From a virus: a DNA stretch of 64,000 nucleotides. The stretch covers positions 64,001 through 128,000 of IMG/VR virus record IMGVR_UViG_3300045988_125846; one strand, written 5' to 3'. A program made the translations under genes and the position numbers. The notes beneath the pieces were generated by a model. The model saw only the letters and a list, made by a program, of their open reading frames with translations. It ran no database searches and was not told the DNA's origin. Every line of letters begins with the position of its first letter. The stretch's first letter is position 1. Below, one piece after another: positions 43,081-51,636 of the stretch.

Positions 43081-43719
43081 ATGCCTATGAATAAAGATTA
43101 TTTACAGTTAGAGTTTGATAGTTTAGGAAATGAAGCAAATTATAAACTTGCAGATCCGACTCTTGTTGATTATTATAAGCGATTAAATAATCGTGAAATT
43201 CTCATCAATCAAGATATTGATGACGGAATTGTAGAATGGACTCAGGAAATAGTTGAATGGAATAGAGAAGACAAGGATATAGCAATTGCCGAAAGAAAGT
43301 CAATTAAGATTTGGATTAATTCAAATGGTGGTTCTCTTAATGCAATAAACGAGCTTATTAATATCTGTAATCTTTCTAAGACACCAGTTTATGCTATTGG
43401 AATGGGAAAATGTTACTCCGCAGGAGGGCTTTTGCTTATGGGTATCCCAAGGGGCAACAGATATATCCTGTCGTCTACCGAAGCACTTATTCATGATGGT
43501 TCTACAGGTAGTTACGGAGATACTGGCAAGGTACTTGATGATTTAGAGAGAACTAAGAAAATCGAGGAAGACACAAAACAGTTTATTTTAAGTCATACAA
43601 AGATTATTGAGAGTGAATATGATAAAAATTATCGTAAAAATTGGTGGCTAGACGCTAACGAGATTATTGAAAAAGGTGTAGCTGACCACATTATTACAGA
43701 TATTGAGGAATTATTTTAA
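43081..43719 (+). CDS. clpP: ClpP-family serine protease-like protein
   Basis: IWINSNGGSLNAINELINICNLSKTPVYAIGMGKCYSAGGLLLMG..ALIHDGS parallels the ClpP core (S and H positions). Confidence 0.7.
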   Translation: MPMNKDYLQLEFDSLGNEANYKLADPTLVDYYKRLNNREILINQDIDDGIVEWTQEIVEWNREDKDIAIAERKSIKIWINSNGGSLNAINELINICNLSKTPVYAIGMGKCYSAGGLLLMGIPRGNRYILSSTEALIHDGSTGSYGDTGKVLDDLERTKKIEEDTKQFILSHTKIIESEYDKNYRKNWWLDANEIIEKGVADHIITDIEELF

Positions 43720-43765
43720 GGAGGGCGCACTGCTCTCCTATTTTATTGGAGAAAAAGGAGAAAAT

Positions 43766-43975
43766 ATGGTAGATAGTAAAATTAAGAAAGCAACTGTTAG
43801 TGCGGCTAAAAAGAATATCACAGCAAGTGGAGTAAGAATTGAAAATGGAACCTTCGTTGACGATGAAGGTTCTATTGTAGATCGTATTGCTGAGAAGTTA
43901 CCAAAAGGTACAACTATCTTTGATATTAAAATCAGTATTGAGATTTCAGATGAAGAGTCTGAGTCTGCTGAATAG
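43766..43975 (+). CDS. hypothetical protein
   Basis: Start moved to MVDSKIKK (AAAGGAG RBS). Confidence 0.5.
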   Translation: MVDSKIKKATVSAAKKNITASGVRIENGTFVDDEGSIVDRIAEKLPKGTTIFDIKISIEISDEESESAE

Positions 43976-43982
43976 AGAGTAG

Positions 43983-44978
43983 GTGGATGTTATAATCGAC
44001 TTACATAGATTAGAAAATGAAACAGGTTTTGAATGGAAATTAAGATGTTGTCTTGCAAAGAAACGTAAAGAGACAGATATGGATTGGATTGAAATTCGAG
44101 ATATGCTTGGATTGAACATTACACCAGATCAGCTTAGAAAACAGGCAGTCGGATATGAAGAATATGATAATTATATTCACAACTGCGAGGGTGCATCTGA
44201 AAGAATTTTATGTGTGTCAGATGTTCATATTCCGTTTAATTTACCTATTGATATTTTTACAAGCTATAAGGGAATTGTAGATACTTTAATAGTCAATGGT
44301 GATTTATTGGATTGTTTTTCATGTTCTGCATTTCCTAAAAAATTCAAAGTAAATCTTGATGAAGAACTTGTTTTAGGAAGACAGTATATTATTGATTTAA
44401 TCAATCTGACTACACCTAAAAAGGTAATGTTTGTGATGGGAAATCATGAATACCGTATGCAAAGATACTGTTCTGATAGATTATCAAACGAATTACTTGG
44501 CATCATCCCAACAGATCCGCTAGGAATGATTGTAGACGATGGATTCAAAGTTAATGATGAAAGAAATAAAACCCAGACACAATACTCTTCTATTCGTGAA
44601 GTGTTTGAAGATTCAAATATTGAAATCGTTTATGATAAAGAATGGTGGATAAAAGAAGGTAATGTAATTTTCTGTCACCCATTAAATTATTCATCTGGTA
44701 TGTTAAAAACAACAGAAAAGGCAGTCAATTATTTCTTGCGTGTAGATCGCACATTTACTGGAATCGTAATGGCTCATACCCATAAAGTAGGAAGTTTTAC
44801 TCAAGGTGGAATAAAAATGTATGAGCAAGGTTGTGTGTGTGATTTGGATAAGCTGGATTATAACAACGGTAAACTTATAATTCCAAATCAGAACGGGTTT
44901 ATGTATCTTGCATTGGATTCAAATGGTGACATTATTGATTCCAAGACAAGAATTATTACTAATTTCATGACAAAGTAG
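43983..44978 (+). CDS. calcineurin-like metallophosphoesterase
   Basis: GTG start. Motifs VSDVHIP, NGDLLD, MGNHEYR and MAHTH. Confidence 0.75.
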   Translation: MDVIIDLHRLENETGFEWKLRCCLAKKRKETDMDWIEIRDMLGLNITPDQLRKQAVGYEEYDNYIHNCEGASERILCVSDVHIPFNLPIDIFTSYKGIVDTLIVNGDLLDCFSCSAFPKKFKVNLDEELVLGRQYIIDLINLTTPKKVMFVMGNHEYRMQRYCSDRLSNELLGIIPTDPLGMIVDDGFKVNDERNKTQTQYSSIREVFEDSNIEIVYDKEWWIKEGNVIFCHPLNYSSGMLKTTEKAVNYFLRVDRTFTGIVMAHTHKVGSFTQGGIKMYEQGCVCDLDKLDYNNGKLIIPNQNGFMYLALDSNGDIIDSKTRIITNFMTK

Positions 44979-45005
44979 ACCAAGTACAAGTGACTTGGTT
45001 TTTAT
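44979..45005 (+). terminator. intrinsic terminator
   Basis: ACCAAGT-acaagtg-ACTTGGT followed by TTTTTAT. Confidence 0.65.
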
Positions 45006-45185
45006 ATTATGCATAAGTAACTATGAAAATTGGGCTAATTTTCTACTTTTAATTAGTCCGATTGTATAGAAATTGTGATGTTGCTGTCACAATTGTATGT
45101 ATCGGAGGGAGTGTACTCAAATGAGACACTACCTTCTTTTTGTATTAAAAAAATAAATAATTGAGAAAAAAAGGAGAAAATTAAA

Positions 45186-45470
45186 ATGACAAAGAACGAG
45201 GTATTAAAGGCAGTAGTAAATAAAGTTGAGGGAGCTTCACAGAAGGATATCGCAGTTATTCTTGATGCTTTTGCTGATGTAATCACAGAGACATTAACAG
45301 CAAACCACGCAGAATCAGTTGCAGTTGGAAAACTTGGAAAGTTTAAGGTCAAGACAGTTCCAGAGCGTAGAGGAAAAATTATGATGGGCAATCGCAAAGG
45401 TGAGGAGTATGTAACTCCACAGCATGATGAGATTTGCTTTAAGATGTCAAAGTCTGCAAAACAGCTCTAA
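45186..45470 (+). CDS. hup: HU-family DNA-binding protein
   Basis: MTKNEVLKAVVNKVEGASQKDIAVILDAFADVITETL..VAVGKLGKFKVKTVPERRGK is the canonical HU pattern. Confidence 0.85.
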   Translation: MTKNEVLKAVVNKVEGASQKDIAVILDAFADVITETLTANHAESVAVGKLGKFKVKTVPERRGKIMMGNRKGEEYVTPQHDEICFKMSKSAKQL

Positions 45471-45491
45471 TTCTAAGGTGGTGAAAATATA

Positions 45492-46166
45492 TTGAAAACA
45501 TTTGGTTTTACAGATACAAATGATTTTGCTGAATTTTTAGCAGATACTTTTGACAAGCTGGATGTTTGTACAAGAGATTATGACGATGATTGTTCAGAAA
45601 TTGTAGTTGTGGCTAAGTATGATGTGATGAAAGATGTTCTTAATTCTGTTATTAAGAATACGAATTTTAAACTTGCTTCTTGTAACGATTTGAATGATCC
45701 TTATTTGGACGGTTATGATGATGCATTTATTCTTAGTATTGATTCTGAAATGAATGTATGTGTTCAGGTTGTTAAGTATGAGGGAAGTGATACTTATATC
45801 AATATGAATGAGACAGACATTGTGTTTATTCATGGAGATGTAAGTTCAGCTTTTGTTAAGGACAATAAAGATTCTGGATGCATTATTCATGAATTCAACA
45901 TTGGTGATGACGCTGAAGATGTAGACGATGATTGTGATGGTAATTGTAAGAATTGCAGTTGCAGTGACGTAAGTGATAATTCTCATAAAAATATTACATT
46001 TGATAAAGATGAAAACGGAAAAATTCACGGATTTACTTCTGTTAAAAGTGATGTTAATGGATATGAAAAGCGTGAATTTTATTCTAGTAAGCCGATTGAT
46101 TTAAGTGATTTTGACGAATATAATTCGGTTGGAAGATTATTTGATTTGCTTGATTTTATTTTTTAA
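45492..46166 (+). CDS. hypothetical acidic protein
   Basis: 224 aa, TTG start after AAGGTGGTGA. D/E-rich with a Cys cluster CDGNCKNCSC. Confidence 0.55.
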   Translation: MKTFGFTDTNDFAEFLADTFDKLDVCTRDYDDDCSEIVVVAKYDVMKDVLNSVIKNTNFKLASCNDLNDPYLDGYDDAFILSIDSEMNVCVQVVKYEGSDTYINMNETDIVFIHGDVSSAFVKDNKDSGCIIHEFNIGDDAEDVDDDCDGNCKNCSCSDVSDNSHKNITFDKDENGKIHGFTSVKSDVNGYEKREFYSSKPIDLSDFDEYNSVGRLFDLLDFIF

Positions 46167-46173
46167 ATATTTG

Positions 46174-46205
46174 GAGTGTGCGGTGTATGCTGCACACTCT
46201 TTTTT
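46174..46205 (+). terminator. intrinsic terminator
   Basis: GAGTGTGC-ggtgtatgct-GCACACTC followed by TTTTTTG. Confidence 0.65.
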
Positions 46206-46209
46206 GTAT

Positions 46210-46293
46210 GGGTAATTAAACAACTACGGAGATTGGCGAAACTGTAAATTTCGTGGCTTTTGCATCGAGTGGGTTCGACTCCCTCATTACCCA
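46210..46293 (+). tRNA. tRNA-Tyr (GTA), class II with a long variable arm
   Basis: GGGTAAT..CGAAA[CTGTAAA]TTTCG-long arm-GGG[TTCGACT]CCC..ATTACCC-A. The D-arm is AT-rich and weak. Confidence 0.7.
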
Positions 46294-46458
46294 CTTTTGA
46301 TGTTTCTGTGAATGGAAACAGGGAATAGATATATGTGCTCATGATTAGTGTCATAGCTGATTGTGGGATTTATGATGAATATATAAAAATGCGACAAGAA
46401 GCGGTTAGTTAATGATACTACTGCTTCTTTTTTGTTATATGAAAGGAAGTGAGATTTA

Positions 46459-47493
46459 ATGGGTAGAAAAATACAGCATAACAATATTGTTACTGATGAG
46501 TTATTGGCTCAGTGCAATAAAGAGAATATAAAGTTAGGAAATGACTTTTTGGATTATCTTCGTTCAGTTGATAGATCCCCAAATACAATCAATGCGTATA
46601 GGCGTGACCTTTTTATTTTTTGGGTTTATCTGCTTCAGCATTGTGACAACAAATTCTTTATTGATTTATCTAAGAGGGATATTGCTCATTATCAGAGTTT
46701 TTGCCTTACTGAATATAAATGGTCGCCAGCTAGAATGCGTAGAGTAAAATCTACTCTTTCTTCTCTTTCAAATTATGTGGAAGCTATATTGGACGATGAG
46801 TATGAAAATTTTAAACCGATTATACGCAAGATTGAAAATCCTGCAAATGAGAAAGTATTTACTAAAACTGTATTATCCGATGAACAAGTACAGGGTATGC
46901 TTGATTTTTGGGTTGAAAAAGGTAAATATGACAAGGCTTGTATTTTAGCATTAGCTGCATTTAGTGGCAGACGTAAGAGTGAGTTACCACGATTTAAAGT
47001 ATCTTATTTCGATGATGAAAATATTATATACGGTTCTTTATATAAAACACCTGAAAAGATTCAAACAAAGGGAAGAGGCTCTAGGGGCAAAATGTTGACG
47101 GTATATACACTTGCAAAACCGTTTAAGCCATATTTTGATTTGTGGATGAATTATAGAAAAGAACACGGAATTGAATCAGAATGGTTATTTCCAAAGAAAG
47201 TAAATGGAGAATATATAGATGAACCTATGGATTCAAGCACTCTTGACAGTTGGGCTGATACATTTAGTAAGCATTTAGGAGAAGACTTTTATTTTCACAG
47301 TCTTCGTCACTTCTTTACAACTTCTTGTTCTCGAAGCGGTCTTCCTGATGATGTAATTCAAATGCTAGTTGGTTGGAGTTCGCTAGATATGGTATCAGTG
47401 TACAAAGATATTGACGCTGATGAGCAATTTGCAAAATATTTTGCTGATGGAGAAATAAAACAAGTAGAACAAAAATCACTTTCTGATTTGTAG
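46459..47493 (+). CDS. tyrosine recombinase / integrase (second copy)
   Basis: 344 aa with SPNTINAYRRDL (core-binding), AAFSGRRKSEL (R), FHSLRHFFTT (H-x-x-R) and LVGWSSLDMVSVY (W/H..Y). Confidence 0.85.
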   Translation: MGRKIQHNNIVTDELLAQCNKENIKLGNDFLDYLRSVDRSPNTINAYRRDLFIFWVYLLQHCDNKFFIDLSKRDIAHYQSFCLTEYKWSPARMRRVKSTLSSLSNYVEAILDDEYENFKPIIRKIENPANEKVFTKTVLSDEQVQGMLDFWVEKGKYDKACILALAAFSGRRKSELPRFKVSYFDDENIIYGSLYKTPEKIQTKGRGSRGKMLTVYTLAKPFKPYFDLWMNYRKEHGIESEWLFPKKVNGEYIDEPMDSSTLDSWADTFSKHLGEDFYFHSLRHFFTTSCSRSGLPDDVIQMLVGWSSLDMVSVYKDIDADEQFAKYFADGEIKQVEQKSLSDL

Positions 47494-47749
47494 ACAATCC
47501 CGATGAAACTTTTGTCTAACATTATTTTTCCACTATCAGCCATAGAAATGTTCGTGCTTCTCTGCGTTAATGAGAACCTTAATTGTCGGATGAGAGACAA
47601 TAAACCTTATCAACTGGTCTTTGCTCCGAAGACTGAAAATATGTGGAGAATAATCAATAAGCATGAATGGATTGCGAAAGTTTTCTAATTTAAAACTGCA
47701 TGTGTACAGTGCAATATCAGCTAGTTAGTGCTTTATGCTGATTATACTT

Positions 47750-47821
47750 GGCTCTATAGTATAAAGGTAATTATATCCGACTGTCTATCAGAAGATTTGG
47801 GTTCGATTCCCAATAGAGTCG
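47750..47821 (+). tRNA. tRNA-Asp (GTC), AT-rich with one C-A mismatch in the anticodon stem
   Basis: GGCTCTA..TCCGA[CTGTCTA]TCAGA..TTGGG[TTCGATT]CCCAA-TAGAGTC-G. Position 37 is T, which is unusual. Confidence 0.6.
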
Positions 47822-47823
47822 CT

Positions 47824-47897
47824 GTGTTAGTAGCTTAGTAGGTTAAAGCGTCAGATTGTGGTTCTGAATATCGTGGGTTCAAATCCCACCTAACACC
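47824..47897 (+). tRNA. tRNA-His (GTG)
   Basis: GTGTTAG-TA-GCTT/AAGC-TCAGA[TTGTGGT]TCTGA-ATATC-GTGGG[TTCAAAT]CCCAC-CTAACAC-C. The nucleotide at -1 is T rather than G. Confidence 0.8.
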
Positions 47898-47946
47898 TAA
47901 TGATTAAAAGGAAAACGAAAAAATAAAAGAAAGGAGTGTACATACA

Positions 47947-48240
47947 ATGGCAAGTAGATTATCTATTGAAAATGATAGATTAAAAGTCGGTCAAGTAAAA
48001 CGAGTAACATCGAATAATGGAAATAAAATTGATTCTATTACTCTTCTGCTTAATGAATCTGTGGAAGTTTTATTTGCACCAAATGGAAATACATTGGAAT
48101 TTACGGTATCAAATCCAAATATTGATATGAGCAATTTGGACTGTACTATTGATAAAGAGACTTTAAGGGACTTAGTAATCAGTTTCAAAGATGCTTATAA
48201 TCAGATAATTTCAAACGAAAGTGAGGGGACAAATTCATGA
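47947..48240 (+). CDS. hypothetical protein
   Basis: 97 aa, AAAGGAG RBS. Confidence 0.55.
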   Translation: MASRLSIENDRLKVGQVKRVTSNNGNKIDSITLLLNESVEVLFAPNGNTLEFTVSNPNIDMSNLDCTIDKETLRDLVISFKDAYNQIISNESEGTNS

Positions 48241-48710
48241 AATTAGATCAGAAATTTAATGTAGAAAATGACATCGCAAGTGTAGATATTACTGTTACAA
48301 GTCTTGGCACTGCTGATTTGACAAGTGAGCAGGAAAAAGAATTACTTGCAAATTACAATAAGTATATCGAGTATAGTAAAATACAGTTCAAGGGAAATAT
48401 CAAGCTTAATAATGGTGTTCCAGAAGTAACAACAGATCCAAAAGACGATTCTACTATTGTTGAATTGGAGATTACGGATGTAACAAATGAGAGAAAACTT
48501 GTCAATGAAGATTTAGCATTTCATTTTGAAAGAGATGTAACAAAATATCCTGATACAGTATTAAATACTGTTCTTGATAAGAAGGAACTGTATGCACAGG
48601 CTCAGTGTGTATTATTTGCTACAAAAGTTAAGGAAGCTGTTACTGAGAAGTTAGCTGAAATTCGTGCGTTGAATAATACTTTCGAAGGAACTACAGAATA
48701 TACTCTGTAA
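48237..48710 (+). CDS. hypothetical protein
   Basis: 157 aa, 4 nt overlap (ATGA) with the upstream ORF. Confidence 0.6.
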   Translation: MKLDQKFNVENDIASVDITVTSLGTADLTSEQEKELLANYNKYIEYSKIQFKGNIKLNNGVPEVTTDPKDDSTIVELEITDVTNERKLVNEDLAFHFERDVTKYPDTVLNTVLDKKELYAQAQCVLFATKVKEAVTEKLAEIRALNNTFEGTTEYTL

Positions 48711-48744
48711 AAAATAATGGGTGGTACTCTTCCACCCTAAATAT

Positions 48745-48815
48745 GGGGCATTAGTCAAAAGGTAAGACAATGGATTTTCATTCCATGAGTATCGGTTCGA
48801 GTCCGTTATGCCCTA
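48745..48815 (+). tRNA. tRNA-Glu (TTC)
   Basis: GGGGCAT-TA-GTCA..AGAC-ATGGA[TTTTCAT]TCCAT-..ATCGG[TTCGAGT]CCGTT-ATGCCCT-A. Confidence 0.8.
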
Positions 48816-48823
48816 TTTTTTAT

Positions 48824-48900
48824 GCGGTAAGCCTGATGTGAAAGCTTATCTTTTGGATGCATACGAAATTTAGTGTGTAAGTTCAACACTTACTACCGCC
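48824..48900 (+). other. tRNA-like element / possible pseudo-tRNA
   Basis: A perfect T-arm GTAAG[TTCAACA]CTTAC and 6 bp acceptor-like pairing GCGGTA/TACCGC. I could not build a canonical D-arm or a 7 nt anticodon loop. Confidence 0.25.
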
Positions 48901-49006
48901 CTATGCCCTTTGCGGTCTTCGGACTGGTACTGTTGTAACAATAGGATACGTCCTATGCAGTTTAGATGAAAGCTCGCCATTCGAGGATGGAATGAGAAAG
49001 GCAATA

Positions 49007-49675
49007 TCATTTTGGAATTTTATCAAATATCAATTTTCTTAACTTGAGTTGATATTTATCATAATGAGATTCCCAATCAAATTCTTTTGTATTATCTAAG
49101 ATATCTTGTTTGAGATTTTTGAGTTGTTGTTTATCTGTTTTATGCTTCATGATAATCGGTAATTCGTTAATCTCGTTCTCATAAAATAAAATGGTTGCAA
49201 TAATACAATTCTTATTGGCAAACAACGCAACTAATTCTTGTTTTGTACCCAATACAATTTCAGCCATACCTACTACTCTATTCGTAGTCATAGCTTTACG
49301 AAGAAGTTCATATTCGATTTCTGACTCCATTTCAGGAATTAAATAATATGATTTATCTATGAGTAGGTCTGATATTTCTTTTGATTTACAGAAATATTTT
49401 ATTGAAAGTGTTCTATCTTTGTTTGATGTAATTGATTCTATATCATATTGTTCCAAAATAACATACTTATCTTCTGCATATTTATATCCTTTTACAATAT
49501 CTTCATTGTGGATTTCTTTATTACAAGATGGACAAAATTTGATATAACGCACTCTTTCTTTGGAGTCTTTGCAGAGTTGATTAAGTTCTATAGAACTGTT
49601 GTGTGATGTTTTTAACATTTTTACGGGAATATATAAATCTTTGAATTGAATTGCAGTTTTATATGAAGCGTTCAT
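49007..49675 (-). CDS. ku: Ku-like DNA end-binding protein
   Basis: 222 aa with AIQFKDLYIPVKMLKTS..IELNQLCKDSKERVRYIKFCPSCNKEIHNEDIVKGYKYAEDKYVILEQYDIESI, which aligns by eye with the bacterial Ku (YkoV) N-terminal core. Confidence 0.8.
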   Translation of the reverse strand: MNASYKTAIQFKDLYIPVKMLKTSHNSSIELNQLCKDSKERVRYIKFCPSCNKEIHNEDIVKGYKYAEDKYVILEQYDIESITSNKDRTLSIKYFCKSKEISDLLIDKSYYLIPEMESEIEYELLRKAMTTNRVVGMAEIVLGTKQELVALFANKNCIIATILFYENEINELPIIMKHKTDKQQLKNLKQDILDNTKEFDWESHYDKYQLKLRKLIFDKIPK

Positions 49676-49733
49676 GATAGTTTCTCCTTAGATACTTTTG
49701 GTTTAGTATATGGAGAAATTTGAAAAATATTAT

Positions 49734-49807
49734 CTGGATATAGGACAATTTGGTAGTCCGCTAGTTTTGGGAACTAGACGTTGTAGGTTCGAGTCCTACT
49801 ATCCAGA
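49734..49807 (+). tRNA. tRNA-Pro (TGG)
   Basis: CTGGATA-TA-GGAC/GTCC-CTAGT[TTTGGGA]ACTAG-ACGTT-GTAGG[TTCGAGT]CCTAC-TATCCAG-A. Confidence 0.9.
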
Positions 49808-49900
49808 CTACTGCTCTATACAGTTATAACCGGTTTGGCGACTGATTGGTAAATATTGGAAGAAAGAGTCATTTCCTTTGGAGTGGCACTTTTATTATAT

Positions 49901-49973
49901 ACACCTTTAGCTTAATTGGTAGAGCAACGATCTCCAAAATCGTCAGGTCTATGTTCGAATCGTAGAAGGTGTG
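49901..49973 (+). tRNA. tRNA-Trp (CCA)
   Basis: ACACCTT-TA-GCTT..GAGC-ACGAT[CTCCAAA]ATCGT-CAGGT-CTATG[TTCGAAT]CGTAG-AAGGTGT-G. Confidence 0.9.
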
Positions 49974-50035
49974 CTAAGTGAAGTGAACTAAATTGTCAAA
50001 ACATTCAAAATATTTGTACAAATGGTTTTATATAC

Positions 50036-50064
50036 AAAAAATAGAGAGTATTGTCAACTCTCCA
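50036..50064 (-). terminator. intrinsic terminator
   Basis: Minus strand: GGAGAG-ttgacaatac-TCTCT followed by ATTTTTTG. Confidence 0.5.
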
Positions 50065-50077
50065 TTTAATTATACTA

Positions 50078-50377
50078 TTACCATAAATCAACGGTATTTT
50101 CTTTATTTACTTCTACCAAGTAATCTTCATCTACATTAAATGGTTCGGGTTTCTTATTGCACTCATAGCATAATGGAATTATGTACCATTTATTGCTTTC
50201 ATGTGTTTTCTTAACGTGTGCTCCCACTTTTGCACGATTATAGCATTCCTCACATTGACAATATGTTGGGAATGGGAGTAAAGATTTATTTTCCCAATAT
50301 GTTATCCAAGAGGAGCAACCTTTAGGATTTGAATATCTATCTTTTGATGTTCCGTTGATGTTTTTAACTTCAACCAT
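50078..50377 (-). CDS. Cys-rich protein, possibly an HNH-like (beta-beta-alpha metal finger) nuclease
   Basis: 99 aa with CQCEEC..GAHV..SNKWYIIPLCYECNK. The spacing resembles an HNH/HNN core. This is a weak call. Confidence 0.3.
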   Translation of the reverse strand: MVEVKNINGTSKDRYSNPKGCSSWITYWENKSLLPFPTYCQCEECYNRAKVGAHVKKTHESNKWYIIPLCYECNKKPEPFNVDEDYLVEVNKENTVDLW

Positions 50378-50622
50378 TATATCATCTCCTTTTATAAGTT
50401 TGACATATTTTATCGCAATCTGTCGAATTAGTCAAGTGTAAATTGTGTAAAAGAGAATAAATATATAGCCAACTATGAGAGGATTGTTACTGTTTCGGTT
50501 GCAGGTAGTTGGATTATGGAGTGAGAAGCCTTTGACTGATCATCTTAGGTATAGTAGATACTCGCACTACTCTCTCACTCTATTTTAATTGGTTTTGCGA
50601 GTGGAAAGCGAGAAAAGAATAT

Positions 50623-51636
50623 ATGGGTAATTATAAAAGAAATGAAGAAAACAAAAAAGATAGTAATCAATGTGGAATTTATTCTATAACCAATAAATTA
50701 AATGGTAAAAGATATATAGGTCAAACCTACAATTTTAAATATAGATGGATGAGACATAGAAGTTATCTAAAGCACAATACTGAACACAATGCACATTTAC
50801 AAAATGCATGGAATAAATATGGTGCAGAAAACTTTGAATTTGAAATTATTGAAAGATGTAAATTTGAACAGCTAGATGAACGAGAAATTTATTGGATAAA
50901 CTATTATGATTCCAAAAATGCGGGATATAACTTTGCAGATGGTGGACTCGGATGTAAAGGTTATAAACACACTGATGAAGAAATTGCAAAAATGAGAATG
51001 ATTCAAAATCCTGAACCAATTGTAATGCTTGATCTAAATGGTGAGTATATAAGAACTTTCGTCAGTGCAGGTGAAGCATGTGATTTTTTAGGCAAAAAGT
51101 CAACAAGTGGAATTAAAAGATGTTGTGAAAAAGATAAATATAAAAAGGCTTATGGATATATTTGGATCTATGAAAAAGATTATAAATCAGGAAACATAGA
51201 TTGGAATTATTATTTATCTAAAAATAAAAATCTTCCTAAGCCAGTATTGCAATACAACTTTAATATGGAACTAATCAAAGAATATGCTTCTGCTTACGAT
51301 ACAAGCAGAGAAGGATTTAATTCTGCAACAGTATCGGCAGCTTGTAATGGTAAGTATGATACATATAAAGGTTATATTTGGATTTGGAAAGATAATCCAG
51401 AAATCTATTATAAAAATAAAGCCAAACGAAAAGAAAAGGCTTTAAATAATAAAAAAAGTAGAGAAAGAATTATTTTACAATATTCAAAAGAAATGGAATA
51501 CTTAAAAGAGTGGACTTATGATGAGATTTTAAACAATAATTTTAATTTAAGAGCAATTCAAAGCAATTGCTCTGGACATACAAAAACATCACAAGGTTAT
51601 ATATGGAGATATAAATCAGAAGAGTCGGTTGCTTAA
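50623..51636 (+). CDS. GIY-YIG homing endonuclease with three NUMOD-like DNA-binding repeats
   Basis: GIYSITNKLNGKRYIGQT..RWMRH..ENFEFEIIE..EREIYWINYY..GYN. Triplicated [YG]YIW[IR][YW]K repeats (AYGYIWIYEKD, YKGYIWIWKDN, SQGYIWRYKSE). Confidence 0.85.
   Translation: MGNYKRNEENKKDSNQCGIYSITNKLNGKRYIGQTYNFKYRWMRHRSYLKHNTEHNAHLQNAWNKYGAENFEFEIIERCKFEQLDEREIYWINYYDSKNAGYNFADGGLGCKGYKHTDEEIAKMRMIQNPEPIVMLDLNGEYIRTFVSAGEACDFLGKKSTSGIKRCCEKDKYKKAYGYIWIYEKDYKSGNIDWNYYLSKNKNLPKPVLQYNFNMELIKEYASAYDTSREGFNSATVSAACNGKYDTYKGYIWIWKDNPEIYYKNKAKRKEKALNNKKSRERIILQYSKEMEYLKEWTYDEILNNNFNLRAIQSNCSGHTKTSQGYIWRYKSEESVA

Noticed and set aside
43081-43719. Calling the ClpP-like protein the prohead protease
   Set aside because: It lies about 13 kb away from the head module, which has its own protease-like candidate (56382-58088). 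Its function is left open.
45053-45397. 114 aa minus-strand ORF
   Set aside because: It is antisense to the canonical HU gene (45186-45470) and its promoter region, so it is a shadow ORF.
46163-46484. Minus-strand ORFs 46163-46354 and 46287-46484
   Set aside because: They overlap tRNA-Tyr and two terminators and have no RBS. They are spurious.
47503-47688. 61 aa plus-strand ORF after the second recombinase
   Set aside because: It has no convincing RBS and a hydrophobic, low-information sequence. It lies in a region that may be attP or regulatory. Left unannotated and not firmly excluded.
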